Notes under the pieces: generated by a model
Told to the model about the DNA's origin: nothing
Seen by the model: only the letters and a program-made list of their open reading frames with translations
Database searches by the model: none
Shown here: one piece after another, positions 37,503-47,009 of the stretch
Layout: each line of letters starts with the position of its first letter
Numbering within the stretch: position 1 is the stretch's first letter
Position numbers and translations under genes: made by a program
Sequence record: MH252123.1
Length of the DNA stretch: 64,000 nucleotides
DNA from: Klebsiella phage ZCKP1
Direction: 5' to 3' (one strand)

Positions 37503-37741
37503 GAAAGTTTTTAATCGGAATGTTTTGTACTTATCCAAACAACAAAATCAGTTCTACTAAAGTGTGGAACGCACTGGGAATGCTAACCATGACAGGCATG
37601 TTTATCTTTTTAGGAATAGAAAAAGAAATTCCTGAATGGATGGGTTGGGCTTTTGTTTTCATGATAACTCCTTCTCGCCTCATGAAAAATCTTATTGATT
37701 TACGCTGGGGCAGATCACAATCTACCAAAGAGGATGACTAA
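37499..37741 (+). CDS. small two-TM membrane protein
   Basis: hydrophobic segments LTMTGMFIFLGI and WMGWAFVFMITP; overlapping start/stop with neighbours. Confidence 0.4.
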   Translation: MRKFLIGMFCTYPNNKISSTKVWNALGMLTMTGMFIFLGIEKEIPEWMGWAFVFMITPSRLMKNLIDLRWGRSQSTKEDD

Positions 37742-39228
37742 TGGACGAATATGGTTTGACAGATGCGGGATTTGTAATCCCGACTTTTGATGATGTTTTA
37801 AACAACTACATGACAGCAGTAAAAAACACATTTGGTGCAGATGCAGCCACTTCGGAAGATACTGTGATCGGACAACTGTTTAGAATAATTGCATACACAG
37901 ATTACACATTGTGGGAAGGTATGCAAGGGGTTTATAATACTCAAACACTGGATGGTGCAGAAGGTATTTATCTTGATGAAATCTTTTCTAAACGTGGTTT
38001 CTATCGAGCAGGGGCGGCAGCAAGTACAGGTTATGCATATGTTAAAAGTAATAACAAAGCAGCTTGGACTTACGAGTTAGGCACAGATATTTACTTCAAC
38101 TCTGATAGCGATATGAACTACTATGTTAGCACACCAACTATGTTGAATGCTAAGATTGCAGCTTATCAAATTTCTCGTGCTAATGCAACTGCTACAGGTG
38201 TTCCAAATATTACCTTTTATGCACAAAGTGCGATAGATGGAGGACTAAACAGTAAAACACTTGCACCTGGTTCTTCTACATTTATAGCCGATCTTGAAAC
38301 TTTTATCAAGGCAAACTTAACAGAGGCTGATCGTAGTCTTGTATTTTCTGATTCTGGTAACTTGTCAATTGGTTTTACTTCTTTAACCAGTGATACTCCA
38401 GTGGGACTAGTAACTCCTATCAAATTTTATGCTAGTGTTCCAGTTGGAACCAAATGGAGTGAAATTCCGGTAGTTGCAGCAGAGAAAGGATACAATCCGG
38501 TGGGTGTGGAGTCTATTACAGGGATATCTTCTACCTTTACAGGTTATCTTGATAGTGGTAACTTCTATTCGTTTTCTCCTGGTCGAGATGTTGAGACAGA
38601 TGCAGAATTCCGCTCTCGTTTCAATGACAACGTTGATGAAGCTAACGCAGGGACACGAGCAGCTATTGTGAAAGCACTGTTGCTTACCGATGGTGTTACC
38701 AAGGTGAAGATTTATGATAACCCTACGTTACATGATCAAGAACACGCTCCAGCTATGACTTTCCAGACTATAGTTTATGGAGGGAGTGCTGAAGAAGTTG
38801 CTGAAGTTATTTACAAAACTAAACCAATCAACAGTTTGACACATGGAACAACCAACATAACTGTTACAACAGAAGACGGAGGACAAGAAATTATTCGTTT
38901 TTCTCCTGGTGCTTCTGCTACGTATTCCGTAAAACTTGTTTATCAAACTGTCAACGGAACAACTTTAAGTGGAACAGAAAAACAAAACATTGTAGAAGCT
39001 TTACAAAACCTGCAAGCTTACTTTGAATTAGGTTCTTCAGTAACGAACGATCAAATCAAAGGTGTTATTTATGCAGCACTTGCTTTTGGACGCTTGACTT
39101 CTCTTCGTGTTTATGTTAAACTTAATACTGAGGATGACAGTAAATATACAGAGAATAATATAGTTCCTGCTTATAATGTTGTCCCTTCTTTTGACCTTGA
39201 TAATATTTCTTACGAGTATGGAGTGTAA
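37741..39228 (+). CDS. baseplate protein J-like
   Basis: 495 aa; followed directly by I-like gene and fiber. Confidence 0.5.
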   Translation: MDEYGLTDAGFVIPTFDDVLNNYMTAVKNTFGADAATSEDTVIGQLFRIIAYTDYTLWEGMQGVYNTQTLDGAEGIYLDEIFSKRGFYRAGAAASTGYAYVKSNNKAAWTYELGTDIYFNSDSDMNYYVSTPTMLNAKIAAYQISRANATATGVPNITFYAQSAIDGGLNSKTLAPGSSTFIADLETFIKANLTEADRSLVFSDSGNLSIGFTSLTSDTPVGLVTPIKFYASVPVGTKWSEIPVVAAEKGYNPVGVESITGISSTFTGYLDSGNFYSFSPGRDVETDAEFRSRFNDNVDEANAGTRAAIVKALLLTDGVTKVKIYDNPTLHDQEHAPAMTFQTIVYGGSAEEVAEVIYKTKPINSLTHGTTNITVTTEDGGQEIIRFSPGASATYSVKLVYQTVNGTTLSGTEKQNIVEALQNLQAYFELGSSVTNDQIKGVIYAALAFGRLTSLRVYVKLNTEDDSKYTENNIVPAYNVVPSFDLDNISYEYGV

Positions 39229-39230
39229 AA

Positions 39231-39860
39231 ATGGCAGTGAGTGTTGACCATGTAACAACTTGGGCCAGTATCAATGAAGATGTTAAAAACCTTCTGATTG
39301 AAGATTTTAAATCTTCTCCTAACATTGTCAAGCTCCTCTACATCGTATCCAGTGAAAAGCAAAAGATAGATCAGGCAATGATCTATCTTGCTAAACACCG
39401 CTTGATCTCTACAGCCACAGGCAAATACCTAGATATTCTAGGGGAAGAAATGGGGATCGAACGTAATGGCTCTGATGATGAAGAGTATAGAACAATATTA
39501 AAAATCAGGGCTTACCGCGTAGCCTCCTCTGGGACTCGTGGTGACATAATTGATATCTTCGCCCGTTTCACAGGAACAGAGCGTGAAACGCTTAATACTT
39601 ACGTAGGTTTGAATAAAACCTTTGATGTGTTTTTCTACAACCTGTGTCTTCAATCTGATCAAGCTTTAGAGCAGTTGCTAAGTGTTTTCCCTATTATTAG
39701 TAGCTACCGTCTTGGAGCAAAAGCAGGATCAGCTTTTGGTTTTAGTTCTTATTATGCTACCAAACCGCCTCATGGTATTGGTGGTTTAGGTTCCCTGTAC
39801 ATGGAATCTACTGGGGATGAAACAGGACGCATGTGTACGCTTCTCAAGCAAATAGATTAA
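39231..39860 (+). CDS. tail protein I-like (DUF2313 type)
   Basis: 209 aa; position after J-like gene. Confidence 0.5.
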   Translation: MAVSVDHVTTWASINEDVKNLLIEDFKSSPNIVKLLYIVSSEKQKIDQAMIYLAKHRLISTATGKYLDILGEEMGIERNGSDDEEYRTILKIRAYRVASSGTRGDIIDIFARFTGTERETLNTYVGLNKTFDVFFYNLCLQSDQALEQLLSVFPIISSYRLGAKAGSAFGFSSYYATKPPHGIGGLGSLYMESTGDETGRMCTLLKQID

Positions 39861-39869
39861 GGAGTTTAA

Positions 39870-40931
39870 ATGGCGAAGCCAATATATTATCCTGACTGGG
39901 CTACACAAACTGTAACGCTCCCAGGAACTTTAAACACAAACAAAATTAGACCTAAAGAAACCATCCGCACAGTTGGTATGGATTATGGTCAAATCATGAC
40001 TTGCGAAGAAATGAACTGGATTCTTAATAATATCGGTTTATGGATTCGCTATTTGGTGGATGACTTTCTTCCAACTTTACCTGATACTTACTTGCCTTTA
40101 GTTGGAACTAAGATTACAATGGCAGGTGATGCTACTGGTGAGGCTACTTGGAACGGTGATAAAGAAGTTATTTTATCTATCCAAGTTCAAGATAATAGTC
40201 ATAATCACTTGTCGGCAAACATTACAGATGCTACTAGTTCAATAGTAACACCAAATGTGTTGGTAAAACGTGATGCAGGTGGTGCTATTTATGGTGGTGA
40301 TGTTTATGTTAATGGTACTTCCACAACAGATCCTGCAACCCTGTTTTTCAAGAACTTTGCAGGACAGACTAATGGTGAGATTTCTGCCGAATACCAAAGT
40401 GGAGGTCAGCTTTATATTTATCGTAGAAATCCTAGCACAGGTAGTGTAGCCGCAGGTGTTCGTTTATATGATGCAGGTTATGTTCTAATAGACAATCCAA
40501 GATCAAACAATGGACAAGACACTTCTAACGGAAATGCCTTGGTTCGCTTAGATTATCTGAATTCTCGTTTGACTTCTCTTCAGAACACATTGCAAACGAA
40601 TATTAATACTGTTCAAAACAACCTGAATAGTGTTAACAGCAACCTCTCTTCCCGTATAAACAATGTAGAAAGTAATCATCAAAGTCAGATTACAAATAAC
40701 TACAACTATGCTAATGGAACCTTTGTAAGAGATATTCGTTACACTAGCCAAGGTGTGTATTATCCACCAGGGAACGAAGTTTCTTGGACTTATATCTGTT
40801 CTTCTGGTTATGTTCTTTCTGGTATTATTGTTCAGGAAACAGGTCGTAGTTCTGCGGATAACATTGGTGGGGTTTACTTCAAACGCCTCCAGCGCAACGT
40901 TAACGGAAACTGGTACGATATTGGAGGCTAA
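39870..40931 (+). CDS. tail fiber protein
   Basis: 353 aa, Asn/Ser/Gln-rich repeats LNSVNSNLSSRINNVESN; follows J/I genes. Confidence 0.5.
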   Translation: MAKPIYYPDWATQTVTLPGTLNTNKIRPKETIRTVGMDYGQIMTCEEMNWILNNIGLWIRYLVDDFLPTLPDTYLPLVGTKITMAGDATGEATWNGDKEVILSIQVQDNSHNHLSANITDATSSIVTPNVLVKRDAGGAIYGGDVYVNGTSTTDPATLFFKNFAGQTNGEISAEYQSGGQLYIYRRNPSTGSVAAGVRLYDAGYVLIDNPRSNNGQDTSNGNALVRLDYLNSRLTSLQNTLQTNINTVQNNLNSVNSNLSSRINNVESNHQSQITNNYNYANGTFVRDIRYTSQGVYYPPGNEVSWTYICSSGYVLSGIIVQETGRSSADNIGGVYFKRLQRNVNGNWYDIGG

Positions 40932-41477
40932 ATGATATTTACAAATTTTAAAAAGTATATTCCTGAAGACCCTGAACTAAAAGAATTGGTAGAAGTAGAG
41001 AACATTCTTTTCCTTCGTTGTGATCAAGGTTACGATTGGTATGATTTACGTAGCACAGAATTCAATAACGATAAAATGAAAGTCGTTTTTGATGATCAAA
41101 ATCGTATTGTGTTTTGGAATACTGATCCTACACTACTTTGCCCTGAAGATCTTTCTATAGCACAAGTAGACTTTAATATAGATACTTTTGAGGATATTAG
41201 GAACAAGGTTTTGGATTTAGAAACCTTAACTCTTAAGGATAAAGAGTATTCCCGTGAAGAGTTGATGACACAAGCTAGTGCAAAGATTCGCTCTTTACAA
41301 GAGACAGCGGTAGCACTTATAACACCTTTACAATATGCTAAAGATTTAGAAATGGCTACTGAAGATGAATTAGCTTATCTTAAAAATCTTCAAGTTTATG
41401 TGGTTAAACTAAACCGTGTTCCGCTTCAAAAAAACTATCCTTACACTATAGATTGGCCTACATTACCGACGGAATAA
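40932..41477 (+). CDS. tail fiber assembly protein (Tfa-like)
   Basis: 181 aa directly after fiber gene. Confidence 0.45.
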   Translation: MIFTNFKKYIPEDPELKELVEVENILFLRCDQGYDWYDLRSTEFNNDKMKVVFDDQNRIVFWNTDPTLLCPEDLSIAQVDFNIDTFEDIRNKVLDLETLTLKDKEYSREELMTQASAKIRSLQETAVALITPLQYAKDLEMATEDELAYLKNLQVYVVKLNRVPLQKNYPYTIDWPTLPTE

Positions 41478-41486
41478 GGGATCACT

Positions 41487-41822
41487 ATGGAATTTCAAGA
41501 AGCATGGGGACTTGCAAAGGATGCAATCATCCCTTTAATCGGAGTCATCTGGTTCTTTTTCAAACAAAAAATGGATAAATTCGGCTCTGATCTTGAGGAA
41601 ATGGAGGAGAAAAGTCGAGAGCTAGAGAAGAAGTTGGTCTTTGTTGAATCAACTTATGCAACTAAAGCCGAACTTACCCAGATGCTAAATCAAATTAACT
41701 CTACATTAATGGCAAATAATAACACTCTTGAGCAAAAGATTGAAAAGATTATGGACCTCAAGAATGCTACTATTCAAATGATGCTAGATGACATAGTTAA
41801 ACGTACACAGAATAAGGGGTAA
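41487..41822 (+). CDS. single-TM coiled-coil membrane protein (possible T4 t-like holin)
   Basis: N-terminal TM AIIPLIGVIWFFF followed by coiled coil; located after tail fiber/Tfa genes as T4 t is. Confidence 0.35.
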   Translation: MEFQEAWGLAKDAIIPLIGVIWFFFKQKMDKFGSDLEEMEEKSRELEKKLVFVESTYATKAELTQMLNQINSTLMANNNTLEQKIEKIMDLKNATIQMMLDDIVKRTQNKG

Positions 41823-41825
41823 TTA

Positions 41826-44800
41826 ATGGCAACATTCCCAACGTATCCAGCAACGTCTCTTGAACAGGGCGTAGATCTGGTTATTTTCTCGTCCAATCAA
41901 CTTCATGATGTTATTAATGGAAGTGCGACAGAAAGTATTGAGACAGAATCAGGGTTGATACCAACCCTGAGAAAAGCCCTTGTTGATAACTTTTTCTTTA
42001 AAAGCCCATTGGATTGGGCGCAAGGCACAAATGAAACGGTTTTTAACCAACTACGTTATTTTCAGAATGGGGTATTGAGCGGTTATTATTATGCTCCTAA
42101 TGCTACATTGGTAAACCCAATCCCTATGCAAGGTACTCCAGTAGGAGATAACAACTGGGTATTGTGGGGACTGAAGACAGAACAATTGGCAACAGAAGTC
42201 ACACCTTGGGTATATTCTGGTGCAACTGGTTATGAAACAGTAATCAGTCCTCCTTACATCTTTGATAGTGCTATTGTTACAATCAATGGTGTTATTCAGG
42301 TTCTGGGAGAAGCTTTCCGCATAGAAGATAGTAAAATCATTTTATCTGAACCTTTGGGACATGATCCTGCAACAGGACTGCCAAACAAGCTTTTTGCCTA
42401 TATTGGTAAAATCGTAGCTTCCGCAGATACAGATCCTAACTTAGAAAACCGTCTTGTCAGTTTAGAAACAAAAACTGAAGAACTGACAGAAAGCATGGAT
42501 AAAGTACCTTTACAAACTATTGCTCGTAAATACGGTTTGTTGGATGATGAAGTAGCTTACGCAACAGCGGGTCAATCATTAACAGGGATTAAAGCTCTGT
42601 ATGATCCGGTAGCACAATCTTCCTACACATTGCCTCCTAACATCACAGGGACTTTAACATCTTTGTCTGTTTCTGGAGTAATGACTTATTCTGGCGGATC
42701 TGTAGACCTTTCTGCATTAGCTGTTGAACGTGGACAGTTTGTTCATTTGCCTACAAGCTTTGGTAATAACGTAACTCTGACAGCTAAAAATCAGACGATT
42801 GGGCGTGGTGCTGGTCGCTATCGTTGGGCGGGGAGTTTACCAAAAAGTATTTTAGCTTCTGATACATTGGAAACAAGTGGTGGATTAGGTCCAAATGCAT
42901 GGGTTCTAACTAATACAGAAGGACTGTTAACCCCTCGTGGTGGAACATACAACGATTTATTCGATGTTGTCTACTTGTCAGAATTTGCTAACAATACAAC
43001 TACCTATGCCACACCAGAAGCAGCTTTCCAGGCGGCACTGTTAGCAGCAAAAGCTTCGAAAAGTAAGATTCTCGACGCTTACGGTTGTGATATGACTTTC
43101 ACGACAAGCTCTTTTGATATTCAAGATATCACTTTGCGTGGGGGTGTGTTCCGTGGTCAACGCGACTATCGTGTGCAAAATGCTACAGTAGAAGGCACAA
43201 CTTTCCGTAACTCTCGTGTTATGTATTGGGGTGGTGCTGTGCGCATGTTCGATTGTTTGTGGGACGGTGCTCCTCGCGCAGGTCAAGTTGGTAGCTTGGT
43301 ATTCCAAGGCAACCCAATATCAGGTACTTTTGAAATTGATAATTGTACTTTTAAAAATGGGTTATATGGCATCCTTCAACAAGGAACAGGGGAACCAGTA
43401 ACACGCGGTGTCTTCCGTAACCTTACCTTCATGGACATGCAAGGTGATGCAATAGAACTGAACGTCATCAATAAACATTACGATGATGGTTGTGTGATTG
43501 AGAATATTTACCTGTCTAATATCGATGGGACTAACGCTCCTATTCCTCTGTCCAACTGGGGTATCGGTATCGGTGTAGCTGGTAAAGGACCGTATGGTTA
43601 CGGAATCCCTGATGATCAATATTGCAAGAATATTACAATTCGTAACGTTTTTGCAAAACGTTGTCGTCAGATTGTCCACGTAGAAGTTGGTCGTAATATT
43701 TCTATCGAAAACATTCATGGCGATCCAGATCAAACTGTATCTGTTGGGACAGGTTTGGCAACTGGCGCAGTTGTAATGTATGGAAGTAAAGATTTTACGA
43801 TTGATGGTGTTTACGGAGAGCCTAAAACAGACGGTAGCACACTTGCAAGTAATATCCGTATGATTTATTTGGAGTGGGGAACTAACGCAGTTCTGGACGA
43901 AGAGGGCAATCCGGTAGTTCCGGCACAGGGCAGACCTTCAAACCCATGCTTTAACTATTCTGTTCGTAACATTCACACCAAAACTGGGCGTGTTTTTGCA
44001 GGAGTTTCCGCTGGGCCAGGTTATGAAAACAGAGTCAGCTTTGAGAATATCCGTTGTGCTGCGTTGCAGTTGTTCGGTGTAGCTTCTTGGCTTTCAATGT
44101 CTAACATCACCTGTAATATCTTTGATTGTGTTGGTCAACCTGAATCTGGTCCAGGGACATTTTATGATGGATTCTTCCGTAGAGAAAAATCTGTTCTTGA
44201 GATGGTTAACGTAAACTGTTACCCAGATGGCAAGACTATGGTTACTGGTCGCCCACAGTGGAGCCGTTGCCGTTACTCTGATATTCATCGTGTCAACTGT
44301 AATGTTGAAGCTAATATGTATACCAATATCGCAGGTGGTATTGGAGCTATTGTAGGGACAACTGGCAAAGTTTATTACTTAGAGCCTAACCCTAGCCGAA
44401 ACATTGATGGGATGCATTTCCCAACAGGGAAGGAGTTTGACAAAGGGGATATGATAGTCAAAGCGGATAATACGTTCTTCCTTGTAACAACAAGTGGGGC
44501 ATACATTCCAGATATCCCAGCTTTCGGTATTCGAGCTACACAAGCAGGAGATACCTTCCTGACACAGAACTTGACTCCTAATGGGACAGCAACAAACGCT
44601 TCTTGGTTGTATCACTATCCTCTGTCAGCAGGAACACGTATTCGTATTCCTGGTGCTGGTGTAGGTGGAGCAGATTTGGACACAGTTATTACTCGTGCAC
44701 CTTATCAAGATAATGATACGTGGACTAACCCAGTTAAAATAGACATTGCAGATCCAATTGTAACGCCTACGAGTGCTGGAGTTAGAATCAAAACCATACC

Positions 44801-44879
44801 TAACGATTCTAGTAATGTTTCTGTAGGTAATACTGCGGTTATTCGCCCAACACCAGTGGTAGATGTGCCAACAACCTAA
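41826..44879 (+). CDS. large tail fiber/tailspike with parallel beta-helix
   Basis: 1017 aa; repetitive N(I/V)x(I/F) rungs (NITIRNVFAKRCRQIVHVEVGRNISIENIHG) typical of pectate-lyase-like beta-helix. Confidence 0.55.
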   Translation: MATFPTYPATSLEQGVDLVIFSSNQLHDVINGSATESIETESGLIPTLRKALVDNFFFKSPLDWAQGTNETVFNQLRYFQNGVLSGYYYAPNATLVNPIPMQGTPVGDNNWVLWGLKTEQLATEVTPWVYSGATGYETVISPPYIFDSAIVTINGVIQVLGEAFRIEDSKIILSEPLGHDPATGLPNKLFAYIGKIVASADTDPNLENRLVSLETKTEELTESMDKVPLQTIARKYGLLDDEVAYATAGQSLTGIKALYDPVAQSSYTLPPNITGTLTSLSVSGVMTYSGGSVDLSALAVERGQFVHLPTSFGNNVTLTAKNQTIGRGAGRYRWAGSLPKSILASDTLETSGGLGPNAWVLTNTEGLLTPRGGTYNDLFDVVYLSEFANNTTTYATPEAAFQAALLAAKASKSKILDAYGCDMTFTTSSFDIQDITLRGGVFRGQRDYRVQNATVEGTTFRNSRVMYWGGAVRMFDCLWDGAPRAGQVGSLVFQGNPISGTFEIDNCTFKNGLYGILQQGTGEPVTRGVFRNLTFMDMQGDAIELNVINKHYDDGCVIENIYLSNIDGTNAPIPLSNWGIGIGVAGKGPYGYGIPDDQYCKNITIRNVFAKRCRQIVHVEVGRNISIENIHGDPDQTVSVGTGLATGAVVMYGSKDFTIDGVYGEPKTDGSTLASNIRMIYLEWGTNAVLDEEGNPVVPAQGRPSNPCFNYSVRNIHTKTGRVFAGVSAGPGYENRVSFENIRCAALQLFGVASWLSMSNITCNIFDCVGQPESGPGTFYDGFFRREKSVLEMVNVNCYPDGKTMVTGRPQWSRCRYSDIHRVNCNVEANMYTNIAGGIGAIVGTTGKVYYLEPNPSRNIDGMHFPTGKEFDKGDMIVKADNTFFLVTTSGAYIPDIPAFGIRATQAGDTFLTQNLTPNGTATNASWLYHYPLSAGTRIRIPGAGVGGADLDTVITRAPYQDNDTWTNPVKIDIADPIVTPTSAGVRIKTIPNDSSNVSVGNTAVIRPTPVVDVPTT

Positions 44880-44887
44880 TGGAAATA

Positions 44888-44915
44888 GAGAGGGGGAATC
44901 CCCCTCTTTTTCCAA
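44888..44915 (+). terminator. rho-independent terminator
   Basis: AGAGGGGGaatCCCCCTCT followed by TTTTTCC. Confidence 0.65.
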
Positions 44916-44943
44916 TAGAATGGTCTAATAATAGGAGAGATAA

Positions 44944-46968
44944 ATGAATTTAACAAGACCTAATAGTGCGATAGCCGATCTAGTAGAAGCTACTTATCGA
45001 AAACGTCGCAGTTTTGAGGCAGGTTTTACATTACGTAATTCCCGTGAAGTTTTGCTGTTAGCGGCAGAAGGGAATTATTACCAATGGAAAGGAACTTTTC
45101 CTAAAGTAGTTCCAGCAAACTCTACGCCAGCCACCACAGGTGGTATTTCTTCCCTTGCATGGCAAAGTGTTGGGACCGCTGATGATATAGCAATTATCAA
45201 TGCCAAGTTTACGGCAATGCAGCAACAGATTGATGATCTGTCGGAAACAATACCTGAAGCTGGTAAATCGGCTTATCAGATCGCACTTGATAATGGTTTT
45301 GTTGGAACAGAAGCACAATGGCTTGCTTCTTTGAAAGGGGATACTGGTGCTCAACTTAATATTAAAGGATCATTAGCAAGCACTAGTGAACTACCATCCA
45401 CAGGTAACGTTGCAGGGGATGGTTATATCGTAGGTGATGTAATCTACGCTTGGGATGGTTCTGTTTGGAAACTTATTTCTTCTCTTGGACCAGAAGGGAA
45501 ATCAGCTTATGAGTTATGGTTGGCAGATGGTAATACAGGATCTGTTTATGATTTTCTTACCTCTATAAAAGGTGATAAAGGTGATGTTGGTCCTACAGGG
45601 CCACAGGGAGCACCTGGTGTTAACGCCAACGGTTTTGATTATCGTGGGGATTTGCCTTCTACAAGTAACTTACCACAACCTAACTCTGAAAACGTAAGCC
45701 AAGCTTATTCTATCAATGGTAATCTTTATGTCTCTAACGGGACAGCTTGGGTCAACATGGGTAATATTGTTGGTCCTCAAGGTCCACAAGGTGAGGCAGG
45801 TAAAGACGGTCTTGATGGAACAGATGGAGATGAAGGGAAATCTGCATATCAAAGTTGGCTGGATGCTGGTAATGAAGGGACAGAAGTAGATTTTATTGCC
45901 TCACTTAAAGGTCCAAAAGGAGACAAGGGTGATCAAGGAGAGCGAGGTCCACAAGGTGAACTAGGTCCACAAGGACCAGTGGGTGCAACAGGATCAGGCT
46001 TAGAGGTTATCGGGGTTCTGAACAGTGAAGCTGAACTTCCTCCTACTGGAGAAGTAGGCGATGCATATAAAATTAATAATGATTTGTATGTTTGGGTTCA
46101 AGATGCTACAGAATGGATGAATGTTGGCAGTCTTGGAGGAACATCAATTACAGCCAAAGGTCATGTTCCGAACAGCGAGGCTCTCCCTGTTTATAATAAC
46201 TATGGTGATGCCTACTTAACTGAGGACACTAGTAATCTTTACATCTATACCTACGATCAAGACACCAACTCCGCATCTTTTGTTGACATGGGAAGTATTA
46301 AAGGTGACAAAGGTGAAAAAGGGGATAAAGGAGATAAGGGCGATCCTGGAACAAACGGAACCAACGGTACTGATGGAACCAACGGCAAGGACGGCGCACA
46401 GTGGTTTGTAGCAACAACTAATCCAGTCACAGGGGATGGTGTTATCAATGATTACGCCTTCAATACTACCACTGGGGCAGTGTTTAAGAAAACAGATTCT
46501 TCTACGTGGACACTTATAGGAACTCTTCCTAGTATACCAGAAGCCCCTCAAGACGGCTTGACGTATGGTCGTTCTGATGGAAACTGGATCGAAATATCAG
46601 GATCAGATCCTACGGAAGCTATAACACCAACTAGAGTTACAGCAGGTTTCATGGAACTTGAAACAACCACTGCCAACTCTGGAGCATCTTGGACTCCTTC
46701 TGGAACTTCCAATATGTATGTTGTTACAGTAACTGATGCTTTGACAGTTGGAGCATGGCCTGGTGTTACTGGCTCTACAAAACCTAAAGCGTTTTCAGCA
46801 ATGATTTATTTGATTCAAGATACAACGGGACACACGGTTACACTAGATGCGTCTTATGGAGCACTAAATGATACAGAAATAGCAACTACTGCTAACGCAG
46901 TAACAATTTTGCAATTAACGTATCCTGGTGTGGGTGATATCGTGGACATGGTTGTTGTAACACGATAA
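44944..46968 (+). CDS. tail fiber with collagen-like G-X-Y repeats and repeated fiber modules
   Basis: GPQGAPG, GPQGPQGEAGKDGLDGTDGDEG, GPKGDKGDQGERGPQGELGPQGPVGATG, KGDKGEKGDKGDKGDPGTNGTNGTDGTNGKDG; four copies of GKSAY(Q/E)xxLxxG...(D/E)(F/W)xxSLKG. Confidence 0.6.
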   Translation: MNLTRPNSAIADLVEATYRKRRSFEAGFTLRNSREVLLLAAEGNYYQWKGTFPKVVPANSTPATTGGISSLAWQSVGTADDIAIINAKFTAMQQQIDDLSETIPEAGKSAYQIALDNGFVGTEAQWLASLKGDTGAQLNIKGSLASTSELPSTGNVAGDGYIVGDVIYAWDGSVWKLISSLGPEGKSAYELWLADGNTGSVYDFLTSIKGDKGDVGPTGPQGAPGVNANGFDYRGDLPSTSNLPQPNSENVSQAYSINGNLYVSNGTAWVNMGNIVGPQGPQGEAGKDGLDGTDGDEGKSAYQSWLDAGNEGTEVDFIASLKGPKGDKGDQGERGPQGELGPQGPVGATGSGLEVIGVLNSEAELPPTGEVGDAYKINNDLYVWVQDATEWMNVGSLGGTSITAKGHVPNSEALPVYNNYGDAYLTEDTSNLYIYTYDQDTNSASFVDMGSIKGDKGEKGDKGDKGDPGTNGTNGTDGTNGKDGAQWFVATTNPVTGDGVINDYAFNTTTGAVFKKTDSSTWTLIGTLPSIPEAPQDGLTYGRSDGNWIEISGSDPTEAITPTRVTAGFMELETTTANSGASWTPSGTSNMYVVTVTDALTVGAWPGVTGSTKPKAFSAMIYLIQDTTGHTVTLDASYGALNDTEIATTANAVTILQLTYPGVGDIVDMVVVTR

Positions 46969-46969
46969 C

Positions 46970-46996
46970 AGAAGCCCCGAAAGGGGCTTTCTTTTT
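46970..46996 (+). terminator. rho-independent terminator
   Basis: AGCCCCgaaaGGGGCT followed by TTCTTTTTAT. Confidence 0.65.
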
Positions 46997-47009
46997 ATGG
47001 AGGGTTTAA

